Below are positions 23,801 through 36,331 of a stretch of DNA of 64,000 nt, piece after piece. The notes under the pieces were generated by a model that was not told the DNA's origin, ran no database searches, and worked only from the letters and a program-made list of their open reading frames with translations. This DNA is from Raillietiella orientalis (taxonomy: Eukaryota). Numbering within the stretch: the first letter of the stretch is position 1; each line of letters begins with the position of its first letter. The stretch is from NCBI GenBank assembly GCA_036172245.1, contig JAYWIR010000001.1, positions 9,920,001 through 9,984,000 of the forward strand, given 5' to 3'. A program made the position numbers and the translations under genes.

Positions 23801-25308
23801 CGCAACTTGGTCACCGCCCTGCGCTGCTACTTGCCAGCACTCCACTTTTCATCGTCAGAAGTCTACATGGCAGTGCTCCCACTAGCCCATGTGTTGGAGC
23901 TCCTCTGTGGTGAGCTTTTGCATGGTGGTGAGGGAAGGTATCAAAAATACATTTCTCAGAATGCCTAGCCATCGTCATAGGCATGGCTGTTGGTTATTCG
24001 TCCCCCTTGACATTGGCTGATGGGGGAGGGAAGCTGCTGCCTCAATGTCCTGGGGACTCCAGAATTCTCAAACCTACCATTATATGTTGTGTTCCCCTGA
24101 TTTTGGAAAGAATTCAGAAGGCAGTCAATGAAAAAGCAGGCAAAGGACTCAAGCGTTTCCTGTTGGATCTGGCCCTGGCGTATCGTGAAGAGCAGCTCAT
24201 TCGTGGCCGCCGAACGTTCTTTACCGATAAGTTATTGCTGCGCACCCTCCGGAAGTCTCTTGGGGGCCGACTGACGCACATTGCAAGTGGAGGTGCTCCA
24301 CTGTCAGAAGATACTCAGAAGTTTATACAAAAGGCATTTGGAGTGCGTGTGATCAATGGTTATGGGCTAACAGAGACAACTGGCGTGGGATGTGTGGTTC
24401 AAAGTAAGGAGTTTGGAGATAAATCTCCTCTTCAAAAAAATGTTTTCCTTTTAAGAGTTCTGGGGTGGCACATGCCAGGCAGGACCACCTGTGCATGGAT
24501 GTAACCTCCAGTTAGTGAATTGGGAAGAGGGCAATTACCGAGTCACCGATGAACCAAATCCTCGAGGGGAGATTGTAATTGGTGAGTTTCCAGTCATAGA
24601 CATTGGTTCCACAAGCAAGCCTCACAGGAGGGGATTTCGTTTCCCCTGGATACTACAAGGTCCCGGAGCTCACAGAAGATTTCTTGGAGCACAATGGTCA
24701 ACGATGGTTTCGAACTGGTGATGTGGGAGAGCTACTGCCCAACAAATCCATTCGTATCATTGGTAAGGTGGCATTTATACGTTTTTTCCCTTTTTTTTTT
24801 TGCTTATCGTTGTGTTTGTTGTGTAGACCGCAAGAAAGATCTGATAAAGCTTCCTCATGGAGAGTACATATCCCTGGGAAAAGTTGAAGGAGTTCTTAAA
24901 GCTTGCCCTCTTGTGGACAATGTGTGTGTGTGTGGTGACTCACAGCAGGCCTATGTGGTGGCTTTGGTGGTTCCTGCTCCATATCAATTAGAAATTCTGG
25001 GTCAGAAGCTGGGGAAGTATAGGATGGGTCGCATTGCTCTTTGCTCTGACCCTGATGTTGTGGCAGAGATGCTGCATGAGATAACAGAATTTGCCAGTGC
25101 AAGTGAGTTTCTGATTTTATTATGGCCTTCTCTATGTGTGTCAGATGGGCTAAACAAATACGAGACTCCCAAGAGAATCAAACTGTCTCCAGAATCATGG
25201 ACTCCAGATAATGGATTACTTAGTCCGTCTATGAAGTTACGCCGCCGATGCATTGAGGAATGGTATCACCGAGATATTTCACGACTCTTTAGGCGACGTG
25301 ATGCATAG
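17839..25308 (+). CDS. ACSL: Long-chain fatty-acid--CoA ligase, ACSL3/ACSL4 type, 11 exons, ~713 aa
   Basis: Exons 17839-17852, 17942-18080, 22922-23017, 23067-23177, 23226-23406, 23454-23909, 23960-24403, 24456-24581, 24628-24762, 24827-25102, 25145-25308 (2142 nt, in frame). N-terminal membrane anchor (WDYVTFPLY), AMP-binding YTSGTTGVPKG, LPLAHVLE, GYGLTET, NWEEGNY..D.PNPRGEI, WFRTGDVG, IDRKKDLIKL..GEYISLGKVE, WTPDNGL. Exon 1 is the least certain; the ATG at 17955 is an alternative start. Confidence 0.95.
17850..17925 (+). repeat. Two-copy 38-bp tandem duplication spanning the ACSL exon 1 donor
   Basis: AAGGTGTATACGGTG(C/T)CTCTC(C/G)TGTAGTAGTGTTTGTT at 17850-17887 and 17888-17925, with 2 mismatches. 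Confidence 0.9.
18977..19127 (+). repeat. Minisatellite (CCACATCC + poly-T), 8 copies, in ACSL intron 2
   Basis: CCACATCC recurs every ~16-18 bp, separated by T runs of variable length. Confidence 0.92.
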
Positions 25309-25327
25309 AGTGTCCACTTATTTATTC

Positions 25328-25333
25328 AATAAA
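25328..25333 (+). terminator. Polyadenylation signal of the ACSL gene
   Basis: AATAAA 20 nt after the stop codon, in a T-rich context. Confidence 0.6.
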
Positions 25334-26595
25334 TTATTTATTGTATAGCCCGTTCTGTGGGAAAACATTCCTGCCATGATGAAAGAGGGGTCCATTTTGA
25401 TTCTGCGTCACAAGCAAATCATATTTCCACGAGCAAGGAGTATTCCATCTGTCAAAAAATCCAGTGCATGCAGTAAGACATGTGGCTCTTTGTGCCTCGC
25501 TGTTGGGCTTCTCAACCATGAAAGAGAAAATTGGCCTTGGATTACAAAAAAAAAAAATCCAAAGTCCTGCTTGAGATGTTCGTTCAGACTTGTGGAAGCA
25601 ATAGCATATTCAAGCTATTTGAACCGGTTTAATACGTGGTTTACACACATTAAAACTGTTCGAGTTATCGTTTGTTTCATAACACAGGATTTGGCAATGT
25701 AAACATCTTGCACTGAGTGCCTGAGGTTGAATGGAAAATGCGTTTCCGAAAACCTTGCCCCTCCCCCCCCCCTCCCCAAAGAAAAAGCAACTTGCCCGGG
25801 TATTCGGTTCGTCGTTCTCTGCCTTGAGATGCGCGAGGAACGGTGGTTAACGACTCTTCGTCTCGCGTCCTTGTGGAGTTGAAAAGCAAATGTCGTGATT
25901 TCTGGACCCTGCTGTATCTTCCTTTATTGACGGTTATTCGTATTTCTCCTTAGTTTCTTCATTATCACCGGTTTGTGATCACGGTGGCGAGTAAAGTGTC
26001 AGTTCTATAAATCCCAGTCCAATATCGAATTGCAATGTTTTCAACTTGGGAGCCACAGTTACAGTGCTCTGTATAGGGTCGTCATCAGAAGGCAAACCTG
26101 TGCAAAAGAATTCTCGACCAAGGAGGATTCTCGACCCTGCAAGCGCCGTTGCTTTTACGTGTGTTCTTCGCTACTCCGATTTTTTTCCCAACTTAAGTCG
26201 CAGTTCTTCAGAAGCTCCATGGCTCTGCGGGTCTCCTTTCTGGTCTGTATGTGATCGCCTTTTAAGGACTGGTTCACATGGAGGGTGAAACTGACTGGTC
26301 AACTTCGGATTCACACACAAAACTTCCATTTTATCTTGAAATAAGGAATAAAATGGAATTGGAGGACTTCGGACGGAATAGCATGAATGGAAGTGGTGCG
26401 TATTAACACGGTGCGTTACCAGCTGCTAAAGGAAGCCAACACCTACCTATTCAGCTGAATTAACATCTGTTATCGAAAAAAGTTCTCTCTTCGGAAGAAA
26501 TTTGTTTCCCGAGCACTAGCGAATGCTATGCTTCGAGTAAAGGAGCCGATTTGCAACTGTTCTTAAAAGTAGAAAAGACTCTGGCTAATTTCTTA

Positions 26596-26731
26596 CATAC
26601 GAGTTCACGCAGGCAAAATAGAGCTAATTTACTTCCCATGATACAGATGACTCAAACTGAGTCATGACATCCAAGATCAATAAAGTCCACACCATGAAAG
26701 CTAGATGCAGCATTGATGGCTTCACTCTGGG
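26596..26731 (+). repeat. Left arm of a ~136-bp inverted repeat (partner 29988-30123)
   Basis: The reverse complement aligns ungapped with 29988-30123 with roughly 9 mismatches counted by eye. Confidence 0.92.
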
Positions 26732-28943
26732 ACAACTGCAGCCCGAAAAATCACGGGACAGACAAAATCGTAGATCATGTATTGAACACTTTAAAGATTC
26801 GAACACTCGACATTCGAAAAGGATTCCTCGATACCAAAAATGTTTTTTGCTGGGGTCCTCTCAGAGTTAAGACTTCACGAGGGAAAAGGAGATGTCAAAA
26901 ACAAGAAACAGCACATACAACTGTTCATTTATTCTGCTAACGTGTGCATCATTTGAGGGATAAAAACATATTCTTCATGTGAATTCCTTGGTCACTGAAA
27001 TAGGTACTGAAAATCGCGCTTCCCGTTGTGATTTGAATCGGCCGAGTACCGATCAAATCACTTGACCACAGAACTGTCTGTCGACGTGTTCACTCCTTAA
27101 ATCGAAATATTCCTTAAATAGCATTTCAGCTTGACTAGACGCTAGGGAACAATCACGGAATGTTTGTACTCGAATCCTTGCTAAAGTTTGAGTATTTCTA
27201 ACATTCACTGTATCTCTGCATCAAGATAATCAGAACTCTATGCAGTAAAAATTTCTAAATCCTGTTCAAATAAGTGCATGTTAAATTGTAAAGTCTCATG
27301 CAAAGAGGATTGTGTAGAGAAGAGTTTAAACTTGAAAATATATCAGATGCTTTTGAAACTTTCTGTGAGTCATGCTTTATCTTGCTGAGATCTCCAAGAT
27401 TCGTTCTTAAAAACCAAGCCCAAGACTTAACAGTTTAGACTATCAAGTTTTAGATAGCTCAGACTATGATTTCATTAATATCTTGAGTGAATGCTAATAG
27501 CCTCTGATAACCAAATAACGAAAGTTGGGAACAAGTTTGTTGTTACAAACTGGTAATTACCAACTTTTGCAAGTTTGTTAGTTGTTAGTTCCAAACTTTT
27601 GTTGGATTTCTTCCTCATATTCTTGTCCCAACCAATTTGTGAAAAAAAATCAGTCTAAATTAGATCCGAGTAATGTGGCTGGAATCTCAAGGTTTAAATA
27701 GCATTATCATTGAATGCCATTTATTCTTGCAAAAATCATGACAACTTTCCTTACTGGAGAACTGATTAAAACGAATTTAGCATCAGGCTGCTAAGATTTA
27801 TACAACGAGATTTTAAATCTGATGAACTGATCTGCAAACTGAAAAGCTAAAAGACAATGAATTTTTTATAGAAAATAAAAAAAAAATAAACAAGAACCAC
27901 ATTGAAAAGTAGTATTATTTTACAGTTAAAAATGGTTATTAAGAATCACCGCGTCCTTGATTCCGATGGAAACTAGATTCAATGAAAATTCGTTCCATGG
28001 TAGTTTTAAAATGAATTTCTATCAGTATGCTTGGAATATTTACTTATAACTGTTTTTTTTTTGCATGTCCTGAAAAAACAGTTTCTCTTAGTGACCAGAA
28101 TTGTAATTCTAAATTTAGTCATACTCAAACTTCCACAAAAATTTCCTTGAGATCCACCTGGGTCAAGAAAATTTTCTTGACTCAGGTGAGCCTCAAGGGA
28201 ATTTCGAATATTTACTAATAATTTAGATTAAAAAGTTGGGAAAAAGAAATCGAATGAAAAGAACAATTTCCAAACCTATCGATCTATTTAAAATAAGTCT
28301 AAACTCCATGTGAAATGTTTACATGCATTTCGGACAGATGTAATTCTTACATGGATGAATCACTGACAACTTAAAAAGCAAATACATTCGGGTGAGCTTG
28401 TCATCGAATAGTTTGAGATGCTGTGTGGAATAAGGGCACAATATGAATATCTCTAAGGTAAAATTAAAGTTCAAAGTAACAATCATTTGATACAAGTGGA
28501 ATGACAAGAAGAGAAGAAAGAACGAAAATCAACAGTGGAGAAATTTCATGTTGAGCTTATGGTAACGCTGTTTTACAATAAGCTTGAATTGGCGCGAGTG
28601 TTAAAGTATGTTTTAAAATTCCTACATGTCTTAAGTTGATAGTTTGATTCATCTCGAAGGATGATTGTAATGAATGATTCCTAAATCGAATGAAATTTGA
28701 AAGTTTGCCAATGAAACAGTTGTGTTCTCCCGGCTTCATAAGTATCTCAGTCTCAGAGTTTTTTTTGGATGCCAGTCAGAAATTTCGAAGTATTGTACCG
28801 TGGTTACGCTTGTATCCTAGGTGGTAAGATTAACTGAGCGGCACTGAAATTTCAGAACATAGGTCATTATCTGCGTTATTTGTCAACTGTGTCATTTTAT
28901 AATTTGTATCTCTGTACTTGAATTTTATTGGAAAGTATTTGTG

Positions 28944-29944
28944 ATGGAATCTGGTGAGCAAAGTGAAAACGATTTTCCAGAATGCGAAAATTTTCTTGAC
29001 CCCGGTAAGTCTCAAAGGAGTTTTGATGGAAGTTTGCATGACTAATTTTATGAGGTCATTATAAGAAACTTTTTTTTTTAAGGACATGCAAGAAGGAAAT
29101 CCACAGGTTGCAGTAGACGATCATCTCTGTGGGAATTGGAACTTGATATCCATGGTATACTTGAAGAATATTAGTTTTTGATATATTTTGTTATGCAAGA
29201 TATGATCTGTGCATTGTCTAGCAATACCAAGCATGATTTTTACAAGCAAGCTCTCAAAATTTGTATTACTTTGGCTTTGAAGAAATCAGCAAAGGAAGCA
29301 TCCAATATAGAAGCCCATCATGAGTTGAGATGTGTGGTGCAAGATAAAATGGATGCATTAGTGGAAGGATTATTACCTCTGTTTATTTGTGCAGAGACAA
29401 GAGAAAGGTAACTGAACAGACCTTTAGACCTTATATGTATTTATTTTATAAGGTTATGCACTTTGCATCCAGATGTTGCAGTACATGAGGAGTACACTAA
29501 GGTACTAAAGGAGGAAGCTGAAGCATGGATGAACTCAGCTAGAAAGCGAAAAAGACCTGTATTACAGATGGAAAAGTAAAATCGCGAGTAGGATTTGTGT
29601 TAATAGTGCTCACAATTTGTATTTCCAGGGCTGTGGAAAAAGTGAAAGTTTCACCAAACGTCTATGATGTTGGATGGGAGTTTATAGATAATTCTACTCA
29701 AGATAAGCTCAGAAAAATGTTTGAACATCTCAAGTTGAGAGAAACACGGTTCAAGGATAGTATGAACACAACACTACAACAGTGTGAAACAGAGCTGGAG
29801 ACTTTACGGACCATGAAATTGGCCTTAGGTAATTAATTGAAGATGATTGAATCAGTAGCATTTGATTTTTGTACAGCTAAGAACCTATTTGAAGGTGTTG
29901 TCCCCTTGTTGTCTTCTTTGGTTCCCGATTCATGTCCCAGTTAA
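28944..29944 (+). CDS. 243-aa six-exon gene; tentatively a divergent DSN1-like (MIS12 complex) kinetochore protein
   Basis: Exons 28944-29004, 29083-29154, 29200-29407, 29453-29575, 29629-29828, 29877-29944. GT-AG introns are 78, 45, 45, 53 and 48 nt; all phases are compatible; total 732 nt. Protein: MESGEQSENDFPECENFLDPGHARRKSTGCSRRSSLWELELDIHDMICAL...YTKVLKEEAEAWMNSARKRKR...LQQCETELETLRTMKLALAKNLFEGVVPLLSSLVPDSCPS*. The gene structure is well supported; the family is an inference. Confidence 0.75.
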
Positions 29945-29987
29945 CCAGTCACTTCAGTCAGTATTTTTTGTGCACACAGCACAAAAG

Positions 29988-30123
29988 CCCAGAGTGAAGC
30001 CATCAATGCTGCATATAGCTTTCATGATGTGGACTTTATTGATCTTGCATGTCATGAATCAGTTTGAGTTATCTGTATCATCATAAGTAAATTAGCTCTA
30101 TTTTGCCTGCATGAACTCGTATG
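29988..30123 (-). repeat. Right arm of the ~136-bp inverted repeat, in the presumed 3' UTR of the 28944-29944 gene
   Basis: Reverse complement of 26596-26731; begins 44 nt after the stop codon. Confidence 0.92.
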
Positions 30124-33100
30124 CAATTGCAGTATTGGTTCTTCTGTGAGTTATGCCAAAAGCCATTGGTGCTGTCAATTGCAATGTGTACTTTGCAGCA
30201 TCAGATTAGCATTGCATATGATCCAATCATTTCTTTCCCCCCCAGATGTATTACTTAGACTTATTGGCTGTTTGTCTGAATTATGTGATTGCTAATCATT
30301 AGGTACATGCTTGCATAGCTGTACTGCCTTAGTTGCAAATGCATGCTTTCGAATTGCACTGCATGACCCTGTTTCATTGTCTGTTGAAGCATGTTTTTTT
30401 TTCAGCTAGATTGATCGCACTGAAGATTTTATTTAAGATCAGATGCAAGGATTGCATTGCATAGTTTGGTAGTTTTGTTTTTCTTTTATTTGCTTGAAGA
30501 CTTCATTCAAGGAAATCTTCTAACCACTTTATTTTGATTTTTGTTTTCTTTTTGGTAGACTGATTACTTGTTTAGAGTGTCAGAACTCGCTATAGTTACA
30601 TGATTTCATAAAATTTGGCTTATACTTCCCTCTTTTATATATCTAAAACAAAAATAAAAAAATGTAATGTTTTTATTGACTAACTCACAACAGCCGTGAT
30701 TCCTCTGGGAAAAAATGCTAGCAGTTCTTTTTTTTTATGTGTTTGCATATTTTGTTAAAGAGGTACGGAACGCATTACATTTGTGTGTCATTGATTACTG
30801 ATTACCAAATTCCTTGTTGGTGCTTTCACTTCTCTCTACCTGTATATTGTGTTTCTGGGAAACAAGTCATCTGCCTTAACCCTGTGCACTTGGATCTGGA
30901 GGGACTCGTGTGTAGTGCAAGAGTGCTGCTCAGTTATTCAGCTGAACTTTCGGACCAGCAAAGTGACATTTGAAGTCAGTTCATTCATTACATTCCCTCC
31001 ATCATGACCGAAATCTGTACACCGGGAAATAATTTTTTGTTTCTGTTTTTTTTTTTTTTGTCTTGTATCAAGTTGAGTCTTTTCATTCATCACTGAAGGC
31101 TCTCTAATTTCATGCATGCGAAGTTTAGTTGAAGGATTGGGATTTCCGGCCACGAGATAAGGTATGTACTGCGTCCATCAATGCAGACACCCGGATGTAC
31201 CGGTGAATCCGAATGGATTCCCTCAACTTAGAATCTCCCGCCGTCAGCGATGGGGTGCCCTCACGGAGCTATTGTGGATCTGAAACTGCAGAGCACCTTG
31301 AATATGGGCGTTCTGTGTAATATCCTTCTTTGGAATGCATGCCGTGTGTCAGTCTTGCGTGGAATACTTCTTTGGAGTGTTACACGTGTATGATGAATGC
31401 TGGTGTTTCTCGATTCGTACCAGCAGACGACGGTCCATAATCACGGTGCGAAGCAACCCGACCTACGCATTTCATGCTCCAGGAGACATGCCTGTTGAAA
31501 TGTTTTCTGGATCGCCTTTTCATCCTCCTTGGTAGAGGGTGAGGGTGTGCTCCAAGTAAGTGTGGACACAGGCACGTGAGGACGAGGGACGGCTCTTGGC
31601 TGCTTGCTCCCGGAGCTGCGTCGTCGTCCACAAAAGGCAGGAACCGGAAACCTCGCAGCACCACACAGGAATTTTCACCACCATCACCTTTCAGGCAGGG
31701 ATCTTTGGGATGCAAATTTGATATGTGGGGCATTTGTTGTTTTTTTGTGTGGACCCGGACCAATGCTCCAGTGACAGCTGGAGCATTTCGAATTTGTCGT
31801 TTCACATGCATTTATGCCTGTGATGAGTGGTGGTTTCGTTCGTTTTAACGCAATCCCTGAGGCATTTTCGGGGAATTTGCTTTTGTTTTCTGTGTGAGCG
31901 GTGGTGTAGTGTAGACTGCGTGTTGTGCACGTGCCTTTGTGTATGTGATATGTGTGGTCTGCCAGCTGTTTACACGTCCAGCGATTATAAGCATAAAGAA
32001 AAATGGTTCCGCAACTCCTGAAGTCCTGCTTAACAGAGATCAGAGGGAAGAAATGAGATTTGGTAACAGAATGACTTCAGGAGCAACGGCCGTAGTAGGT
32101 CGCGGAGCTGCAAGCCAGCCATCAGGGTGCTTTAAGAGCAGTTTCAGTCAGGCATGAAGTAGCGGTGGCAGGGCCGGTGTGTGGACTCTGCCGGGAAGGG
32201 AGTGCCGGGAAAGTCACAGGATAGTGCAGTTCGGCATGGAATTGTTTCGAATGAAACAGGAGGTCGGCATCTAGCACTCGGATGCCTAAGAAAGTCGGCA
32301 GATGATTTGGTCCTCACGGCAGGTGTCGCGCCGACTGATTTTCAAAAAAAAAAAAAAATGAAATTCCGCATGAGCGGTTTTGAATGCAGAGCACTCCACG
32401 CGGTTGCGCCCCAGAGAATACGCGTTCTCTCGGACTCTTTTCACATCGTGTGCGATTACGCACGCCATATTTGTGTTCTCTCCAAGCTCGTTGGCGATCG
32501 GTGCTGTGGACGATCGGCTTGCGGTGATCGTTCGTTCGTTCCTTGAATTTGCAACGCACAATAAGCAGCCTCGGAGACGAAACCAAGGCGGTTCCCTGAA
32601 ATACCCAAATATTTTGAGCCGTCTACGCACCGAGCGTTCCAAAGAAGAGACGCCTGTGGCCGCTTCGTTCTCGAATCCAGGACACCAAGGATTTTACTCG
32701 GTGTTTGTTCGGGAAGTAGTCAGTTCCGCAGGCAACGCCATGATGTCGGTGTTGGCCTTCAGCCACGAGTTCAGATTGAAATGGGAGAGCAGGCCTTCCG
32801 TCTTTTCCTAGCGATCCCCCTTCCCGCATTCTCCGTCTTCACGGAGTATCGGTGTGCCGCACACCGCCATCATTGATTGACCCCCTCGTGGGGGGTGCAG
32901 CCGGTAACTGCCAAACCAGCCTTTTCCTTGAGGGCTGCTTGTTTTTCTGACTCTCCTGCATGACCGGTGGTCTTCGTGTCCTTACTCGTCCGAACCAGCG
33001 AATTACCGATGGCCTGCTGTGGGTTGTGCGTGGTGCCTATGCGGCGCCTTAGCTCCATGGGTCGGTTCGAAGTTCCCCAGTCCACGCTCAGAAATGCCAG

Positions 33101-35667
33101 GGAAACCGAACTTGGATAGCAGGAGGAGGAGAAGGAGAGCGCGTCCACCAATCTTGAAGGTTCTGCTTGCCCAGTCTCTGTTGCCTAAGCGGCAAGCTGA
33201 AGGTGTTCGTCATGCTGCCGAGGAACCAGCTCCCTGGTGGGGGACCCAGCGCTGCTGCCCCTCTCGTTCCTTCAGGGGCTTTACCGCAGGTCAGCTGCCC
33301 ATTAGCCATCAGCTGCGGTCAGTCCAGCCAAGGACCTCAGTCAGTAGCACCGTGGCCACCACCATCACCTTCCTTGGTTCGGGCGTCTTGAGTAGGAAGC
33401 TGACGGTAGGGTCAAAGCCTGCCTTTCCTGAACGCGCCATCCCGACTCCGGCGATCCATCGTAACGCCCGCTCGGGTTTCTCCAGGACCCGGGGGGATTT
33501 TCTAGGAAGATTTTGTCTGTGATTCTCGAAGCCAGACTCCCGTGCCGAGATGAACACGGCAGCTCCAGTCCCGCGAGGACCCTCGGGTGCAGGAAGAATT
33601 GCACAGCAGTCCCTGGTCCTAGCATCGGTTATAAGCAACCCAGGGGTAAGTTGAAAACTCCTGGGTGTTCTGCAGAAGTTTTCCCTGGTTCTGGCTCGAA
33701 GCAGCAGACTGGAGCTCCGAGAGGAGCGGCAGGGAAATGCGCGAAGGAGACAAGTGGGGAAAAGAGTGGACCTCTTTGTCGCGTAGCAACGGGGCACCTC
33801 GTGGAATCGACTGCATGCACCTCTCGCCCCCTCCATCCACGCCCCGGTGATCAAGGAACTCTTTTTTCGGATTCCCATCTTCGCAGATATTCGTTCGGGA
33901 TGCTCCCCTGTGGTCGTCGAGGCTTCCCGGCAGCGCTTGTCGCCTCCATCCTTCCCGCCCCCAGCTGGGCGCTCTCGGGAGGCTCCGGAGCGACCAGCTG
34001 ATGGACGCTCCGTACCCGTGGGCGCATTTCCGCTTTCTTTCCCGCGTTCTGCACCGCCAACCACAGGGGTCAGCCGGGGGATTCCTGCGGCACAGAAGGT
34101 TGGCGATGGTCTCCTGTGCTTCGTTTCCTCAGAGAAGATTGCGACCCGCCGGCTGGCATCACTTTGAGCTCGGTCGATAGGGGAGCTGCAGTCGGGCGCA
34201 GCTCGAACCATTCCCTCCAGCAGCTACAGTTCGCACGCGCCAGGGGAGGGTGGGGTGGGGGAATCCCCCGCAGTGCCTGCCAAGCACGGGCTTAGCAGAG
34301 GAAGGCCTTTTCTTTCCTTTTATCATTCCGGCAGGACAGGCGGAGGTGACCGTTCCCACCAGAAGGATCCCTTTTCTTCCCGGCATCTCCCGCGCCCTCG
34401 CAGGGGTCTCCTTTCCCGGAAAAAAACACACACAAAAAAAGGGGCTATCATGCCAGATTCTTGGCAGGGAGCAGCGAGGGACCAGCCCGTTCCCTGACCC
34501 GTCGCGGAGCTGCACCTCCGGAACCCCGGAGGGCGCGTCCGTCGCGGTCGAAACGAAGCCCCATGGGAGGAGGACTCCAGGATGCACCTCTGGAGGGACA
34601 CAGATCCTTCCATTGCTTTCTGGAGGGGCTCATGGGACAGACAGCCTTCAAGAGGCCTCGTCACGCGCCATCTTCATGCGAGTCTGCAAACTTTCATCTC
34701 TCAAGTTTCATCCCCTGGAAAACGCGTCCGAGTTAACATGTTTTTTTTTTTTAAAAAAAATGACCACAGAGAAAGGAGCCCTGAAAGTAAGGGGTGCTTC
34801 TTCAGTTCACAGGTCAGCGGATGACCAATGAACTTACGGCTGCAGCTTTCGGCATCCTCCGCTTCCCTCACCCCGGAATTCCTTCCGAGAAGGGAGACGG
34901 CTAACGAGGGGATCGGGAGAGGAGACAGGAACGCGCGGACCAGTAAGCAGGAAGCTCGGGAGGCTGCTACAGACGTTGGACCGAGGCGGCCTGACTTCCG
35001 CCGATCGCGAGCGCTCTGCAGCTCACGTCCTCCCTCGCCCTTCCCCCCCCTCCGTGCACCCTCTTCGCCCTCTGGGAGGGGCGGTCCGAAGTCTCCGGGA
35101 GCAGCAGGAGGCACCGCCCTCTGTCTCGCAGCCACGTGGAGCGCCCTAGAGGGCGGAGTCGGCCAAGGAAGCTGACCTCTGAGCAGTGAGCGAGCAGCGA
35201 CCGTTCCGCGGCCTTCTGCTGGCCCTGAGGGGGAGGGGGGAGTACCCCTTCCCCGTCTCAAAGCAGATGGAGTTCCTCACCCCCGTACCCCGAGACATCA
35301 CCCGAGTCGTCTCCGAATGGACCGCCCAGGAGCAGCCAACGCTGTAGCATCCGCACCAGGATAGGTCCTCCAGGAAAGTCTGATGCGCTACCCACTCCCT
35401 CCCTCAAGTCAGCGTTCACCTAACTGCCCTTCGGTTTCTGAGTGTGATTCCGCATTCCTTTAGTGGGGAACGCATCTGCGAGAGGGACTGCCTGACTTCC
35501 GGTCGGAAAAAGAGGGAAGAGGGAAAAAGATAAGATGGAGGAAAAGGTGAGCCGCTCCTTTCGCCCCCGTCTGCCGGCGTCGTCCGAGCCCGGAGAAGAC
35601 TTTGCAGCTTCCGCAGCAGCGGGTGCGCCGCATCCCCGCCACTTGGAGCTCTCCGTGTGGAACACGA

Positions 35668-35673
35668 TTTATT
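35668..35673 (-). terminator. Candidate polyadenylation signal of the collagen IV gene
   Basis: First minus-strand AATAAA I found downstream of the collagen stop (~660 nt away). Confidence 0.45.
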
Positions 35674-36331
35674 GACATCCATCATCTGCGGCAGTGGGTC
35701 CGCGTCCCCCCTGCGATCAGGGGAAAAAAAGAGGGGAGTAGGAAGGGAGGAGGAGGGGAGAGGAGTCCTTCCTCGCTAGCCGCAGAAAGGCAGCAGGGGA
35801 ATGTGCGCACTGAGGTGAGGAAGGAAGGGCAGGGACCATTTGGAAAGGGGGAGCGGGGGGAGGGGAGGAGAGGGAAGACGAGGCAAGGATGAGGGAGATG
35901 AGGAAGAGGAAGAAAGCAAAAGCTAAGGAGAGGACGCGGGAGGTCCGTCGGCAATGGCAGGAATTTTCCCTCTGGCAGGAGGGGAGATGAGAGAAGGGTG
36001 GAAGGAGGCGACGGGAGGCGACGCGCGCGCGCGTCGCGCCATCTGTTGTTCCTCGAATTCAGAGGCGAGGTGCATCTTCCTCCGCGAGATGGCAGCAGCG
36101 AAAGATGGCAGCGGTGGCCGCAGCGGATCAGCACATTGGAATTTTCTTCTTTTTTTTCTCTTCTTTTTTCCCACGAGAGAGCTCCTTAGTCGCCGAAGGG
36201 AGGATGGGGAGGGTGGGGCAAGATGAAGGAAAGGGCAGTGTGTTTTTTTTAATGATGGGGGGGAGGGGGGGGGCGAAATCAAAAGCTTGTAGGCAGTGAC
36301 TCGTTTGTTTCCGAAGGCAGTGTGGAGGTCC

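Noticed and set aside
32870-35261. ORFs of 140-300 aa between the DSN1-like gene and the collagen 3' end
   Set aside because: No domain motifs and no consistent exon chain; GC-rich low-complexity sequence.
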